Of a stretch of 64,000 nt of DNA, positions 61,331 through 64,000 are shown piece after piece. Below the pieces are notes generated by a model, which did not search any database, was not told where the DNA came from, and was given only the letters and a program-made list of their open reading frames with translations. The DNA is from Macrostomum lignano. Its lineage: Eukaryota. Location: contig NIVC01000558.1 of assembly GCA_002269645.1 (NCBI GenBank), forward strand, positions 186,001 through 250,000. The letters are read 5' to 3'. Each line of letters begins with the position of its first letter. Within the stretch, counting starts at the first letter, position 1. Position numbers and translations under genes: made by a program.

Positions 61331-64000
61331 TCAATCGCGGCTGCTATTCTGATTGGGCGCCAGCTGCTCTAACTTGCTAATAATTTTGCTCAAATCCTTT
61401 TTTCTCTGCTTATGACGCTCGGACCGCTGCTTTTTTCGATTGGCGCGGTTTTCCTCGATGGCTTCAACTTTGGTCTCCAGCCGCTGCAGGCATTCCTGCA
61501 ATTCGCGAACTGTCGCAGCCGAAACATTCTCCGTGTGAGCCATGAGGATGTCCGTGTCGCTTTTGTTTCGCGTCACCTCCAGCGACAGTCTTGGCCGAAT
61601 GCTGCGCAGTTGAGTGGCTTGGAACTTCAGAAACTCCCTATACTCATCCGGATACTCTGATGGAAACCAGTAGAAACAGGTCTGAAAAAATGAGTTAAGC
61701 ATATGGAATTAGAGATTGAGTTAGATTGCAAAGAATAGTAGTTTACTTGTGCTACGTTAACAGACCTTGCCTGAAGCAACCTTGTTCTTTTTCTGCGCAA
61801 TTCGCTTGCAGCACCAGAGGCAAATTCTGATTGGATACTCCAAAAATGAAAACGGCGGAGGCAGGAAGCTGATGTTTTTGTACTCTTGCAGCATCTCATA
61901 GTAAGTAGTTCGCCAAATTCCGAGAGCTTTACTGTGCATCTTGATCACAGTTAGGTTGAATCGAGCGATCAGCAAGTTCAACATGACAATATTTGAAAGA
62001 ATCAAAAATATGAACAGCATCAGATTGTTAAACCAGCGATTGCCGACTGCGTGAGCGACACTTCCAACGGTCTGGCTTTTTTCGGCATCAGCAGATTCGA
62101 AGCCAGTTCTGTCGAAGTTTGTGAACATCAAGTTCAACGGCATTGTGATGATCTGCAACGCAGCGTTCAGCTGATACTCTGTTGTGTTCGTCGAGGATGG
62201 CGTTGCCGTGACAGCTGGGAACAGCAAGTTGAAGAAGAACACTCCAAATGAGTAGAAAATCACCAAGATAATCAAAAGGAAAGGAAACAGATCCTGGATG
62301 ATAAGACTTCTCAGCATCGAGATCACCGGTCCGATACGCTGGAAGCGGTTGAAGAAGGAAACTGATCGGAATCCCCAGAGCAGGAACGATGAGCTCAGAA
62401 TCATCTGACACGTGTATTGTACTTGTATCGGAACCAAGGGCTCGTTAGTCAGCCCCCGTGCCGCATTTGCTTGAATGAATTTGCCGCTAGAGATAACGCA
62501 AAGGCCTGGAGCACGCGGATTACCGGGAAGGCAGCCCCACATAAGCAATTTCAGCACCAGGCCTGCCCACATGAACAGCAAAGCAAGACAATCGAAGAAG
62601 TTGAACGTGTCTCTTACGTACACCGGACAGTGCCTGATACCGCAAGCCGTGTAAACGTTAACAACTTTGCTACGTCGAAGAAACTCGGTGAACTCCTGCA
62701 TAGTGAGAGAGGCGGCATACGCTACTAGGACGAGGTCAGGCGGCCAGTATTGAAACGTCTTAGGAAAATCTGTGACGTACCAAGCGAAGTAAATCATGAA
62801 GGCAATGAAAGAGGCAAAGTGAAAGCCGAAGCGCAAGTTCGCAGTAAAATTGGTGCCTCGACACCTGCGGCCACCTTTGTCCCCTCTTAGCTTACTGCTC
62901 CAGTTCTTCTGAACCAGGTCGTACACGCAGTCAGTAGCGAACAGGTCGTTAATGGCAGCGTCCTCAATCATCTCCATCACGGTGCAATATTTCACTTTGC
63001 CTTCTTTAGCGGCTGGTCGGCAAGGAAATTTTGGTCCCTGCTTTTCGCGCGGCGCATCTTCACTTGGAAGTTTCCCTCTCATGTATTTCATTAGGAGGCG
63101 TTTTCCGTTCCTGTCAGCATTGTTGTAAAGGCCGTCTAGCGCGTTCACTGTGATACCCTTGACTTTGTTGTACATGTACAGCCCCAACAGTTTCTCCTGT
63201 CCAACCTTACCCTTCGATCGATACACCATTGTCTTAAGGCGAATGAGCAGACTGACGCAAGCTGGGATCAACTCAAACTGCCTGGTTAGAAGAAGGTCAG
63301 GCAATATTTCTTCTTTTATTTTGCGCTTCTCAAACTCAAAGACGGCCGCATCAATTATCGATAGCTCACAGTGGGCATCGCTTAGTTCCTCGCCACTGAA
63401 CAGTCCTTCGTACCCTGTAGAGTTCTCGAGGTGCTTCAACAGAAGCCGTTCTTCTTTGTCAGTTATTTTATTCAAACAAAACGCACTGCGAAGTACATTC
63501 GAATTGTCCATTTCAAACGCTTCAATCAGGAGCGCCAAACTTGATCCATGCCCGGCTAGCTTTGATTTTTCAGTAGTGTCCTTGCAAACCTGCCGGGCCG
63601 TGGAACGGTCAGGAAGCGCGAGTGCCCTCTTCGCCGGGTCAATGAGTCTCCAGAGTTCCGCGCCTTCAATTTTAATCTTCAAAGTACTTAGGTTTCGCTC
63701 GATTTGATCGAGACTGTAATTTTCTAACGCAAACCCAATGCAGGACCAGCCACTGTCAGTTTCGGCTGAGAGCTGCAGCCGTTCGTCAATGAGGTACTTG
63801 ATGTTGGCTTTGTGCTCCGCCTTGCAAGCAAAGTGCAGGCAGGTGGCACCTTTGTGCATGCCGCCAGGCACCGTGAGATGCAGCAGGTCGCGGCCCGGCA
63901 TTCTCAACAGCTTTTGGAGCGGGCCAATTAAGTTTTTCAGCTCGAGTTTTGCAGAAAAAATATGAATCGCGTGCAGGCCATTTGAGTTTGACAGAAGTTG
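61331..64000 (-). CDS. Ankyrin + TRP-family cation channel (TRPM/TRPC-like C-terminus), 5' end outside window; exons >64000-61766 and 61681-61331
   Basis: The frame is open from 64000. ANK motifs GLHAIHIF and GATCLHFAC; six hydrophobic segments with a pore loop; SNIVMLNLLIARFN; W-RTTYYEMLQEY..LPPPF; C-terminal coiled coil after an 84-bp phase-0 intron (AAG|GTCTGT..TTTCAG|ACC). Confidence 0.85.

Overview
This window is animal genomic DNA, not prokaryotic. It has GT-AG introns of 84-134 bp, TTAGGG tracts and very dense minisatellites. A free-living flatworm such as Macrostomum is my guess from these properties, which I could not verify. The window is a cluster of ankyrin-repeat (ANK) genes in which ANK arrays are joined to different effector domains. 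There are three ANK + Mab-21/cGAS-like nucleotidyltransferase (cGLR) genes carrying 13, 21 and 8 ANK repeats; two are head-to-head and the third arose from a recent 8.5-9.4 kb tandem duplication. There is an ANK array whose variation concentrates at ligand-binding positions and which may splice to a Ser/Thr kinase 15 kb downstream. There are also several ANK exons of minus-strand genes and an ANK + TRPM-like channel that runs off the right edge. Nearly all predicted ANK/effector exon junctions are phase 2. Mobile DNA includes a Gmr1-like Ty3/Gypsy element (gag-PR-IN-RT-RH order, SCAN-like gag) carrying a MITE, and a 13.5-kb head-to-tail array of Helitron-like units with internal telomeric repeats. 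A 5'-inverted RTE-type LINE sits inside an M13 peptidase-like pseudogene. All exon structures were deduced by hand from splice signals and reading frame; no alignment or search was run.
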